A DNA stretch of 64,000 nt from assembly GCA_014905635.1 (NCBI GenBank), contig JABVCE010000019.1:372001-436000 (forward strand). The letters are read 5' to 3'. The stretch is from Scenedesmus sp. PABB004. Lineage: Eukaryota. The notes beneath the pieces are model-generated. The model was not told the DNA's origin. It worked only from the letters and a program-made list of their open reading frames with translations, and did no database searches. How positions within the stretch are numbered: the stretch's first letter is position 1; each line of letters opens with the position of its first letter. This document shows positions 51,004-62,874 of the stretch, piece after piece. The position numbers and the translations under genes are program-made.

Positions 51004-51057
51004 GCTCAAGGTCTGAGCTAGCTCAAGGTCTGAGCTAGCTCAAGGTCTGAGCTAGCT
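51004..51057. repeat. Perfect 17-bp tandem repeat x3 (GCTCAAGGTCTGAGCTA) with internal dyads
   Basis: Read directly from the sequence. Junctions form the palindrome TGAGCTAGCTCA. Confidence 0.95.
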
Positions 51058-52833
51058 TGCTGTGGCGCAGCCTCCCATTGTTCTATTCGATTCGCCGAGT
51101 GCTATGCCCCTTTGCGAGCATCCATACGTCATCCATTGCCCGCCGCGGCGCGCGCGCCGCCGGCCGACCTGCCCGCCCTCATCCTTCGCGTGCGCGCCGG
51201 CGCTGCACCGAGCGCCGAGCGCTGCCACCACCGCCCTGTTGGCATGCACTGACGAACGCAGACGGTCTCTGTTGTTAATGCTGCCGCGCGCTGGCCCTCT
51301 TGCGCCGCGCCCGCGCTCGGGCCCGGCGGCCTAGGCCCTCCCTTTTCAGGGCTCTCTCTCTCATGTGTTACAGCATACAGCGCCACCCCCTTACACACAC
51401 ACTGTTGCTACGCACTCAGGGCAGCGCCCAACCTGCCCCGCGCCCGGCTCGTGCACACACCTCGCATTACCATCACCTCCTCACCAAACTGTCCCCCCAA
51501 TCGCCGTCCCCGCCAGACGGGGGTCGTCCCCGCCACGTCCTCTGGTGCTTTGCTGTTTGGCTGATGGCCGCGGCCGTTTTGGCTGTGCGCGGGCAAGCTT
51601 TTTGTGCCCACGCCGTCGGCCACGACCCGCCCGGCTTTGCGTTCTCTTTGCTCGCTGTGCTCGCCGCGGCACCTTGCTTGTGCTTGTGCCTCGCAACGCG
51701 AATCAAACGGAAGACCTCCGCCCTGGGCTCACAGAGCGCAGGGCGTCGAGGTGTCAATGCTGCATGCGAACAACGTTGTGCATTCCGTTTTTTTGCTGCC
51801 GTCGCCACCACGTGCGCAGCATCGCTGCTGCCGTCCCGGGCCGCCGCCAGACCGCCTTGGTGGGCGGCTCTGGCGCATTGGGCATCGTTGGCCTCGGCTG
51901 GGTTGGGGGCCGCCTTCCGCTGCATGCATGCTGCCCGCCCGGCCATGCTCCAGCAGCCCGGGCGGGCGGCCAACTCCTGGCGGCGGGGGCGTCTTTCGCT
52001 TGTTTATGTTATGTACTGTCCCTTCTTCTTCTGTCTGCGCAGTCAGGGGCGAACAGGGTACAACCATACCAGGGGTGAACAGGGTACAGGTACACGCGTG
52101 GGAGTCGCGGCACACACTTCTGCCTTCTGCTACTTCTGCTACGTTTTATGTCATGCTGGCCTGGCGGCGCTTGCCACAAAAGGCTGGCACGGGAGGCCGG
52201 ACACAGGGGGCCAAACCGGCTGACCGGGGCATAAGGTCGATCACGCCGCCAGCGCGGCGCGCGCACCTGCGGCGCCCCCGACTCGCCAGGCGGCGGCGGG
52301 GCGCCTGCTACGTATGAGCTAAGTTCACCTATCACACATACACATACACGTATCGTACACGCATGCCTTCACACATTCGCAGGGTCGCCTGGACAACCCA
52401 AAAAAATCACTTGCTGACGGGACTGCCTTGCAGCCCGGCGACCCTGCAGCGTGTGCAGTGCAGCGCTCCACACGGCAGCGCTCTGCGCAGAGCGCTGGCA
52501 TGCCCCGACGCTCCGCATGGGACGCCGACGGGTCCGCTCGCGCTTTTCTCTTTGCTTGCGCGGGACCGCTAGCTCTTCTCTTTTCCTTGCGCTCTGAGCT
52601 CCCTCTTCTCTTGGGCTCTTCTCTTGCGCTTGCGCTTTGAGCTGCGCCGCGCTCGCGGCTGGCCCCCTCCCTCTCTGTAAATGACGAGCGCGCTGAGCGA
52701 TGGCTGGGGCCGCCGCGCGACAGCCTCGGTGCCGCCGCCGCGCGACAGCATCGTCCAGCGCGGGCGCCCTGAGCCGATCGCGGGCAGGCTGCTGCACTGC
52801 ACTGGCCTGCACATAGACGCGGCCGCAAGCCAA

Positions 52834-52838
52834 TTACA
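52834..52838 (-). promoter_or_regulatory. Candidate chlorophyte polyadenylation signal TGTAA for the GAF-kinase gene; a + strand TGTAA lies at 52676-52680
   Basis: UGUAA is the established Chlamydomonas-type poly(A) signal. The site is about 830 nt downstream of the stop codon. Confidence 0.35.
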
Positions 52839-53663
52839 GTCAGGCGACGCCTGATCGTGAGGCAGCCACCCAGCAGCTGCTCTCAGGGAGCCCCCCTCCC
52901 CCCGCGCAGATCGCAGGCGGGAGGCGTGACGTTGACGGGCGCATGACAGGCGGCTGCAAGCGAGGTGGGCGGGCGCGGATGCGAGCAAGTGAGGTGAGCG
53001 ACGATGCGCCGGGCGCGCCGCCGGCGGCGAGTCCGACTCTGAGTCTGAGTCCGAGTCTCTGAGCAGCAAAATGCAAGGGGCGAACAACAACAGAAAAAGG
53101 CATCCTTTGGGCTAGGCGGGGCGCATCGCGCGGCGGTCAAGGCCGCACGTCCCACGATCGCGCCACACGCGTCAAGAGAGTGCCGGGCTCGCAGTCGAGC
53201 TCGCCCTTGCGTTGAGCAGCAGCCCATCATCATCCCACCATCATCATCCCATCATAATCAGATGCCACCCCATCTCATCGCACGCGGTGCAGCAGCCGGC
53301 GCAGCCGCACACGCACAGCCGCGCGCGCAGGGCGCCACGTGTCACCCCGCACAAGCAGCCCCTGCTCCGAACGCTCACACGCACAGCCCTTTCCCCCGAG
53401 AGGTTGAAAGCCACCCATGCGGCGCCAGCCCCTCGCAAGCCTTGGGCGCCGCCAAGATTCAAATCTGTCTCGTGTCCCCAGTTGCTGCTGCTGCTGGGCG
53501 TCCAGCGAGCAAGTGCAAGCGCAAGCGCCACCACCCTGCGCATCCCAAGCCCTCGGACACCCGCTGCCCGAGGTGGTGTGCTCCCTGCTGCTGCTGGGCT
53601 CCCCAGCGGGGCAGCCCCGCGTGCGCGTCTCTCGCGCACACCCCGCTCCCGCCCCCGCGCCGC

Positions 53664-56600
53664 TCACGCGCGCGCCGCAGCCGCGGCGGCCGCGGGGCAG
53701 GCGTCGCAGGCCTGCGCGACCGCGGCCGCCGCGGCCGCGGCGTCGGCAGCGTCGGCCGCCGCCGCGCGCGCCGCCGCGGCGCGCGCGTGCGCCGCGTCGG
53801 CGGCCGCCTGCCACGCGTCCCAGTCGGTGCCGCGGCTGGCCTGCACAAAGCCGGTCAGCTGGTCCACAATCTCAGCAAAGCCCGGCCGCCCCGCCGGCTC
53901 GGGCGACAGCGCGCCGTCAAGCAGGCGGCGCAGCGGCGCGGGCAGCGGCCCCGGCGGCGCGAGGCGCCGCCGCTGCACCGCGACCTGGCACACGACCGCG
54001 GGCGCGGCGAGCCCCGCCCACGCGCGGCTGCCGGTCAGCATCTCCCACAGAAGCACGCCCCAGCTGCGGGCGGGCGGGCGGGCGCGGGCGGGCGCGGGCG
54101 GGCGGGCGTGTGGGGAGCAGCGCGGCGCGGGCGTGAGGCGCGGGCGCGCGCCGGGGGCGCCGTCGCGGGCGCCCGGCTCGCGCGGCGCCGCGCAGGGCAG
54201 CAGGGCGCGCGGGCGGGGCTGAGGCGAGGCCTCTCACCTGTAGACGTCCGCCGCCGCGGTGAAGGCGGCGGCGCCGCCGAGGAGCACCTCCGGCGCCATG
54301 TGGGTGATGGTCCTGCGGACGGCGGGCGGGCGAGGGGGTTTCAGGGTTCACGGCCTCAGGGTTCAGGGCCCAGGGTTCGAAGGGCGCACGCCCTTTGTGT
54401 CACGGCGAGCCCCCGCACGGGCCCCGGGCCGCTACGCTGCCGCGGCGCAAGGCTTCGGTGCAGCGCTGCGCCGCGCGGAGCGCCGCGCCCGCCCGCCCAC
54501 CCGCCCACCCGTCCAGCCGCGGGCCCTGCCGCCGCACGCACCCGTATGCGTTGTCATCGAGCCGCGCCTCCACGGGGTGCCGCCCCTCGGCGTCGGGCGC
54601 GTAGCGCGCCAGGCCAAAGTCGCCAACCTGCGTGGTTTAGGGCGGGTTCGGGGCGGCGGGGCCAGGGTTTGGGGTGACAGGCGGGCGCGCGAGCGCGCGC
54701 GGCGGTGGGCCAAGGGCATGGCGCTGCAGCCCTGGCGGGGCATGAGACCAGCCGGGGCGTGAGCCCTGAGCCCTGAGCCCTCGCCGGTGCACCTTGGCGG
54801 TGAAGCCGTGGGGGCTGGCGGGGCAGGAGGTGAGCATCACGTTGCCCCCGCACAGGTCCTGCGGCGCGGGCGGCGCGGGCGGGCGGTGAGCGCAGGCGGG
54901 GGTGAGCGCGGGCGGAGGCGAGCGCAGGCGGGCGGGCCTGCGGCGCAGACCCGCAGGCACCCCAGCCGACGGGCCCGCCCCCGGCGCGGGCCGCGCACCC
55001 CGTGCAGGATGCCGGCGGCGTGCAGGCGCGCCATCGCCGCGGCGACCTCCAGCGCCGTCGCCGCGACGGCGCGCAGGTGCGGCGCGCCGCGCAGCGGGTG
55101 CCGCGCGGTGCGGAAGTAGCCCCGTGTCACGCCGTCCTGTTGGGCCGGGTTTTAGGGTGGGCGGGGCGCGGGGTGTTCAGGGTTTAGGTAGGGAGAAAAT
55201 GCAGCGCGCCCAGCGGGGCGGCAGCGTGGCCGCGCGCGCGGGCACGCCCCCCGCCGCGCCGCGCGGCGCGCGGGCCGGCGCGCCCCCAGCAGCAGCTACA
55301 GCCGGCGCAGCCCCGCCGCCGCACCGCGAGCGCGCCGCGGTCGAGGTACTCAAACACCATCCAGCACACGCGCCCGCCGCCGCTGCTGCGCCGCCGCGCG
55401 CCGCCGCCTGCGCCGCCGGCAGCGGCCCCGCCCTTGCGCCGCGCCGCGCCGCGCGTCGGCGGCAGCGCGCCGGCGTCGCTGAAGGCGTGGCCGAGCGTGG
55501 CCATGAGCCCCGGGGCGGCGAGGTCGCGCGTCATGGCGATTTCGAGCGGCTCCCCACCCGGCGCGAGGCGGAGGGTGCTGGCGTCATCCACGATCTGCGC
55601 GGCCGCAGTTGTGAGAGCGGTGGGTGGGCGGGCAGGCAGGTGGGTGGATGAGTGTGTGTGTGTGCATGTGCTTGGGGGGAGGGGGCAGGTGTTGGGGGGC
55701 CGGTGTGTGCGCGGCGCGGGGGAGCCAGCGGCGGCGCGCGACGCACCTTGACCGCGACCGGCTGTCCTTTGAGCAGGCCGCGATAGACGCGCCCAAACGA
55801 GCCGCGCCCAATGCATGGGCCGAGCAGCAGCCCCGGGATGGGCAGCCCGCGCACGACGCCCACGGCCGCGCGCGGCGCGGCGCCGCCGGCGCAGCTGCTC
55901 GGCGCGGCACTGCTGCTGCCGGAGCTGCGCGGGGCCGGCGCGCCGCCCGCGCCGCCGCTGCTGGGCGCGCCGTCGCTGCTGCTGACGGCGCCGGCGCTGC
56001 CGGGCGCGCCGCTGCTGCACGCGCTGCCGGCGTGCGACGGCGGCGCCGCGGCGACGCCGCGCGGCACCCAGCCAGCGAGCTCCAGCTCGCCCACGCTGCG
56101 GGAGTCGGCGCAGCCGGAGCCAGAGCCGGCGCCGCCGGCGGGGCCGCGCGGCCCCATCAGCGACTCGACCGAGTCTCCCGCAAACGCCGGCAGCGCGGTC
56201 AGCGGCGCCGCCGCCGCCGCCGGCGCCGCGGGCGCGGCGTCGCCGGCCGGCGCGCCGCCGAGCCCGGGGCCCTCGAGTGCCGCAAAGATGAGCCCCCGGC
56301 AGCAGCCCTCGTCGCCGGACGCGGCCGCGCGCAGCGCGAGCCAGCCAGGGACACCAATGAAAAAGGGCTGGTCGCCGTCGAGGCCGTCCGAGCCGGCGGG
56401 GCGGCACGCGAGGCTGTAGCCGGCCGCGGCGTCGGCGTCGGCGGCGGCCGCGAGGCGCGCCGCGAGGCGCGGCGCGCCCGCCGCGGGGGTGAGGCCGTCG
56501 AGGCGGAACGCCCAGCCGCCGCCGCCGCACCTGCGCGCGCGCGGGGCGTGCGCGCGGGCGGGCGAGCGGGGTCGCGCGGCCGCCGGCGGGCCCCGGCAGC

Positions 56601-59020
56601 CACCACCCGGGCCAGCTCCCCCGCGCCCCTCCACCCAGCCCCCAACCCTGAGCCCGACCCTCGCAGGCCGCGCCGCCGCCGCCGCCGCGGGCGGCCCCGC
56701 GCCGCCGGCCGCCGCACCAGGCCATCGTCGCGGCGTCCAGCGCAAAGAGCTCCGTGATGGGGCGGCCCTCAAACTCGACCGGCCCCCGCCGCCCGGCGGC
56801 GTAGTCAGGGAGGTCGTCGTAGCTTGCGGACCAGTCGGCGCCTGGCCGCCGGGGTTTGGCAGGGTTTAGGGGTGGGCAGCGGCGGCGCGGGCGCGTGACG
56901 CGCGGTTGGTGCGTGACGCAGGCGGCGCCGATTTGTGTGCGGCGCGCGTGCGCGCGTCGCGGGGCCCTGACATCCCTAAACCCTGTCGGCCCGCAACGCC
57001 CCGCTAAACCCCGCGCACCGGTTGCCTCGATGGCGGGCACGTTCATGTGCAGCACCCGCCACGGCGCGGCGCTCGCGTCCAGCACCAGGTACGGCCGCGC
57101 GTAGCACGCGGCGCGCCGGCGCAGCCCCGCCGCGCTGCCGGAGGCCTGACGCCGGGGCGGGGCGGTGCGGGGCGGTGCGGGGCGGTGCGGGGTTGGTTTG
57201 TGGGGCGGCGGCGCGCGGGAGCAGCGCGCGCGGGGTGCGGCGGGGCGGCCGGCGCACCAGCAGCTTGGCGGCCCACTTGGCCTCGAGCTGGCGCACGAGC
57301 ATCTCAGCGAGGTTGGCCAGCACCTGCCCCCGCGCCGCGTCAAAGCGCCGCGGCGCCTGGCCCATGACGCAGCTGCGGCGCGGCGGCGGCGGGCGGCGGA
57401 CACCGCGCGCAGCTGGGCTGGGCGGCCGCGCGCCGCGCCCCGCCCTCGCCGCGCGGCCCGCCCTCGCTGCGGCGCCCCGCCCTCGCCGCGCGCCCCGCCC
57501 TCGCGCGCGCCCCGCGCGGCCGCTCACAGCGTGCCGAGGCGGTGGCCGTTTGACGAGACGAGCGGCGCGGCGACGTAAAACTTGAGGCTGAACGCCGGGT
57601 CACACACCTGCCCGGGGGAGAGGGGGGGGGGGCGCACGGGCTTTCATGAGCGCGCGGGGGCGCCGCGGCCGGCGCCGGCGCCGGCGTCTCGCCTCGCCCC
57701 TGAGCCCTTCGCCCCCCCCCCCTTCGACCCCCCCCCCAGGGCAGGCGTGAACCCCAGCCCTGACAGCCCCGAAACAACAAAAGCTTGTTTCAAGCTCACG
57801 AAGAAGTTTGCCGAGAAGCGCGCGTCGTTGTCCATGTCCTCCACCACCAGCAGCTCGTGGTGGGAGTTGAGGAAGCTCCAGCCGCAAAACCCCCACCTGA
57901 GGGGGCAGGGTTCAGGGTTTAGGGTCGGGGTCGAGCGGGCACGGGGGCGTGAGGGTGCGCAGCGGGCGGCGGGGGCGCGGGGCGTGCGGCGGGCGGCGGC
58001 GGGCGGCGCACCGCGGGGGGCAGACGCAGACGGGCAGCGCGCCGCAGGCGCCGGTGATGTAGATGGTCTCCCCGGTCAGCAGCGCGACGGTCGCGGTCTC
58101 GACGGCAAACGCCTTGCACAGCAGGCGCAGCATCGACTCTGCGGCGTGTGTGCGTGGAGGCGCGGGTGAGGCGGGGGACGGGCGCGGCAGAGCTGGGCGG
58201 GGCGCTGCAGAGGGGCGGGCGGCGCACCGATCTCGCCGTCGCGCGTTGCGCGCAGCGCGTTGATGCCGTCGGCGGCCTCGCCGCGCGCGGCCGCGCACTG
58301 CGGCGGCGGCGCGCCGGCCGCGTGGCCGTCGTGCGGCGCGTACGGCGGCGGCGGGGGCGCGCCGGGCGGGCCCGCCGCCGCGGCGAGCACGTCCGCCAGG
58401 CCCATGGTGTCCATGCTGCGCCGCGGCGCGCCGCCGGGCGGCGCCTGCGCGGCGGCGGGCGGGCGCGGCGCGTGGGTGAGCCTGCGCGCGCGCGCTGCTC
58501 TCGCAGCGGCGGCGCGCGGGACCGGCTGTAGGCGCGCGGGCGGCGGCGCGCGGCGGCGGCGCCGCACACCTGTGCCGAGGGCGCGCCGGGGGCCGGCGCC
58601 GCGCGCGGCAGCGTGTGGGCGTCCAGGAAGTTTGAGAGCGGCTGCTTGCGCGCCGCGGCGGAGCGCAGCGCCCACGCCAGGAAGGCAGCAGCGTCCTCGC
58701 TCGACGCCGAGTCGCGCAGCGGCGCGCGCCCGCTGGCCGTCACGCTCAGGCCGGCCGCGTCACCCGCCGCCTTGAGCGGCTGCTGCGTGCGGCCGGCGGC
58801 GGCATCTCAGCTTCCGCCACGCCGCTGCTGCCGCCGCCGCGGCCGCCCCTGCTCCTGCTGCCGCCGCGCGCCCGCCCCGCGCATGCGCTCCCAAGGACCA
58901 GGCGTCGCGCGGTGGGGGCTACCGGTCGCTCACCGCGGGCAGCTCCGACAGCGCTCTTGGGGCATCGTCGCGAACGCTGCCGCTGCCGGCCCCGTCGAGG
59001 CAGCTGCACGCCTGGCCCAT
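53664..59020 (-). CDS. GAF-domain + TKL (MAP3K/Raf-like) protein kinase with N-terminal MGQACSC acylation motif
   Basis: GAF: RWGFCGWSFLNSHHELLVVEDMDNDARF...KFYVAAPLVSSNGHRLGTL|CVMGQAPRRF. Kinase: IGRGSFGRVY, VAVK, LH|GDLCGGNVML, VGDFGLAR, TITHMAPE, DVY|SWGVLLWEML. Confidence 0.9.
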
Positions 59021-59295
59021 CACGCCTACGCCGCCACGCGAGGTGGGGAGCGAAAATTCGGTGCTGCGCGCTCGCGGTGCTGTCGACGAGGTGCTTCCGA
59101 GAGTGAGGCGCGTCCTGGCCCTGCGCTGTGCGGCTGCCGCGTCAATTTTTGGCGGCGTTGAGAGTGGCGGGGGCAGCGGCGAGCGGCGGGGAGGAGGGGA
59201 GCGCCGCAGCGCGGCGGCAGCACAGCGGCGCAGCGGCTTGAACCGCGCTCGCTCGCGAGCCTTGTCGAATAATTCTTCGATCGTGCGGCACGCAG

Positions 59296-59438
59296 GCCCA
59301 GTTCCCCAGGCCTCACGCGCAGCCGAGCTGCAACGCGCACTTCTCGGCGCGCGCCGCCAGCCGCGCGCCGCCGCCGCCGCTCGCGCCGTGCCGCCGAGGT
59401 CGGTGCGCAGCAGCACCGGCGCGCCGCGCGGCGACGAA
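59296..59438 (-). pseudogene. Degenerate duplicated fragment of the oligopeptidase B 3' end and stop region (copy of about 62857-63045)
   Basis: Shared blocks tcacgcgcagccgag, aacgcgcacttctcggcgcgcgccgc and gaggtcggtgcgcagcagcaccggcgcgccgc, separated by small indels. Confidence 0.85.
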
Positions 59439-59816
59439 ATTCTAATCGCGAGTAGGTAATTACCTGAGCACCCGCTCCGCCGGCGGCCCCGTTATTCTGT
59501 GCAGGGCGCGCGCGCGGCGCGGCCAATCCCGGGCCCCCGACACCACCACCACCCCCCAAATCCTCCTTCGCCGCTGGTGGCAAGCCAGCTGTTGCTGTTT
59601 TCTTGCCGTGTATGGGCGGCGGCATGCACCCCGGGCGCACCCCAGGGTGTTATTCCCCCGCGCGAGCGATGCCTCGCTTCGGCGACGCGACACCAAGTTT
59701 GACCAACTCGCGCGCCCGTGCGGGCGCCACCGCGCGGCAGGCGCGCACGTGCGTAATCAAGCGCCGCGCCGCACCCCCAAGCTTCAACCCGCGAGCTCCG
59801 ACCCCCGAGCTTCGCC

Positions 59817-62466
59817 TCACGCGCGCTGGTGGGGCGCGCGCGCCGGGCCCGCCGCCTGCCCCATAAAGGGCGCCTTCGGCCGCGGGCTGTCGCGCTCGAC
59901 CGTGGCGGCGCTGTCCCGCGTGCCAAGCATGCTCTCGCTGGTCAGGATGCCGCTGCTGCTGCCGCCGGCGCCAGCGCGGCTGCTGCCGCTGCTGGCGGCC
60001 GCGCTGCTCCAGCCGCCGCTGCTGCAGCCCCCGGGCGGCAGGCCCGCGCCGGCGGCCGCCGGGCCCCAGGCGCCGTCGGGCGCCAGCACGAGCTGCGCGC
60101 TGCCCTGCAGGCTGCTGCTGCGCGGCGCGAGCGCGCCGGCTGCGCCGCTGCCGGCGGGCAGCGCGGCCGACCCCAGCGACGAGCCCCTGCTCACGACGCT
60201 GGCGGGGCAGCCCGGCGCGCCTGCCGCACCGCCGACTGCGTCGTCGCCGGGCGCCGCGGCGCTGGCGAGGTCGCCAAAGTCGTATGACCGCGCAAACGGC
60301 GACGGCCGCACGCCGCCCCCCGACCCGCACGGCGCCCGCCGGCTGACGAGCGCACCCTCGTCGTCGTCGTCGTCGTCGCCGCCCGGCAGCACCGCGCACG
60401 CGCCCGCGCCCGCGCCCGCCGCCGCGCCCGCGGCAGCGGCGGCGGCGCCCGCCGCCGCGGCGCTGCTCCCCGCCGCCTGCGGCTGCTCCGCGAGCAGCGC
60501 CGCGCGCGCGGCCAGCACGCGCTGGCCCGCCGGCGCGGCTGCGCGGCGCTCGCCGTCCGCGCCGGGCGCCGGGTCGTCGCCGTCGTCGGGGTCCAGCTCA
60601 AACCGCGCCGCGCTGGTCACAGAGTCGCCGAGCTCCTTCAGCGCCGGCCGGATCTGGTCGGGCGACAGCTCGCCGTCCTCGAGCGCCGCAGGGCCGTCAT
60701 CCGTGGCGGCCGCGGCGGCGGCGGACGGCGCCGCCTCGTCTGGCTGGGGCGGCTGCGGCGCGAGGTAGCGTCGCTTGCCCTGCGCGCGGCGCCGCTGCGC
60801 GCGCGGGCAGAGGGCAGCGGGCGGCAGCGGCGTCGGCGCCGCGGGCGCAGCGCGGGTGGGCGCGGGCGCCGCGCGTCGCGCCGCCGCCGCTGCTGGCCGC
60901 CGCCGCCGGCCACGCGGCGTGCCGAGCCACCCACCCTGCGCAGCTGGCCGTCCTGCGGCTCCTCCTCCCCCTTGTCCGCCGCCTGCTGCGCGTGCCTGCG
61001 CCGGCGCAGCAGCGCCAGCGCCGCGCCCGCCGCGAGGCCCAGCACCGCGGCGGCGCCGAGCGCGATGCCAGCGATGCTGCCCGCCGACAGGCCCGCGCCC
61101 GGCGGCGGCGCCTGCACGCCCCATATCTGGGGCGGCAGCAGCCACTTGACCAGCGCGCTGGGGCCGATGGGGTCGGGCACGCCGCTAAGGTTGATGGCGG
61201 CGCGGATGTTGTGCGGCTGCGACAGCCACGACGCGAGCGTGGCGTCCGTGCCCGCTGCGACCTGGCTGGCGGTCACGCCGACCGCCAGCCGCACGCTGAG
61301 CGAGGTCAGCGGCTCCGCGAGCAGCGTCTGCCGGTAGTCGTCGCCGCGCACGGGCACGCCCGCGGCCGCCAGCGCGCCGCGCGTCGCCTGGCCGCACGCG
61401 GAGGCCGTGAGGTCGGCGCCGGGGCTGAGCGGCCCGCACGCGGCCTCCAGGGCGGCGAGCAGCGCGGTCACGTTGAGCGGTGCAAGACCAAAGTAGGTCA
61501 CCCACACCGTCACCTCGCTCGCGGGGCCCGCCAGCAGCCGCCGGCTGCGCCGCCGCCGCGCGCCGCCGCCGCCGCCAGGCGGCGACATCGCCACCGTGCT
61601 GCCCAGCCGCGGCTGCACGCGCGCCGGGGGGCTTGCCATGAACTCCGCCGCCGGCGCGCCGAGCTGGGGCGGCGCCTCCGCGACGGCGATGAGGCGCGGG
61701 TCGTACCCGCCCGCCGCCGCCGACGCGGGTGCGAGCAGCGCGGCGCTCGCGGCGTCCGACCAGGCGCCGGGCGGCAGCGCAAACGCGTAGCCGAGCGTGA
61801 CGTTAGCGCTCGCCGCGAGCTGCACCTGCGGGGTGCCAGGCGCGGAGGATGATAAGCGGAAGGCGAGCGAGCGAGCGAGCCACAAACCGGCGGGCTCAGC
61901 TCAAACTCTGGCGGTTGCATGCCGCTTACCTGGCCCGGCGCCATGGCCGTGAAGTTGTTGATGAGCCGCGTCGCCTGGGCCAGGATGCCGCCGCCCATGA
62001 GCGCGGGCGTGGCGGTGATGGTGCTGTTGGCGACCGACCAGGCACACATGACAAAACGCTGCAGCGCCAGCCCGGGCACGCCTTCGACCGGCATGCCCAG
62101 CGGGTTGCCGGGCGCGCGCGCGGCGTAGGTGAAGCCGACCGGCGCCGGCATGCTCGTGGCGTTCGCGGCCGCCGGCGCCGGAGCCGGCGCCGGAGCCGGC
62201 GCCGGAGCCGGCGCCGGCGGCGGCGGCGGCGCGCCGGCGCTGCCTCCGCCAGCCGCGGGCGCCGGCGAGGCCGGCGCGCGGAGCAGGCTGCCGGCGCTGC
62301 CCGCCTCCAGCTGCCACCGCGCCGAGCCGGGCGCGATGGAGACGCTCCAGTCGCCAGCAAGGGTCAGCGGCGCGACCGCTGCCGCCGAGGCGCGCCGCAC
62401 GCTGCCGCCGACCGCCGCGAGCAGCAGCGCCGCCAGGAGGGGGCAGCGCCTCTTTGGCGCCGCCAT
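59817..62466 (-). CDS. Putative type I single-pass membrane protein of unknown function
   Basis: Signal peptide MAAPKRRCPLLAALLLAAVGG; (PA)n linker; RRRRSRRLL motif; TM helix SIAGIALGAAAVLGLAAGAALALL followed by RRRR; low-complexity cytosolic tail. The 3' end is uncertain. Confidence 0.7.
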
Positions 62467-62874
62467 GGCGTCGGTGCGCCCCTCACAGCCTGCGGGGGCG
62501 CGCGACGGGCACGGCGCATTCCAGCTGCTGCCTGCTCCGCCGCGCGAGTGCGGGGGCGCGGCGCCCCCCGCGACACGCGTGCAAATGCAGATCGCACCTC
62601 TCACCTCCGCATCCGCGTTCGGGCGCGCGCTGCAGCGCAACAGGCTGTGGGGTCGCGGTGGAGCGCGCTGGAGGGCGCGCGCGGCTCGTCCGGGTGGGAG
62701 CGATTGAGGGCCGCGCAGCAGTGACGAGGGCGGGCGGGCGGGCGCTGCTGCGCGCACTCGCGCGGCGGCGCTTCTGCGGAGCGACGCGGCGCGCGGCGAG
62801 CCCTGCCGCCGGCTTTTCTAACCGCGTTGCCCTTGCGCGGTGTCAGAGCGACTGAGCCCAGTCCCCGGTGCCCG

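Noticed and set aside
51004..51057. Possible CRISPR array
   Set aside because: The repeats are contiguous with no spacers, there are no cas genes, and the context is eukaryotic.
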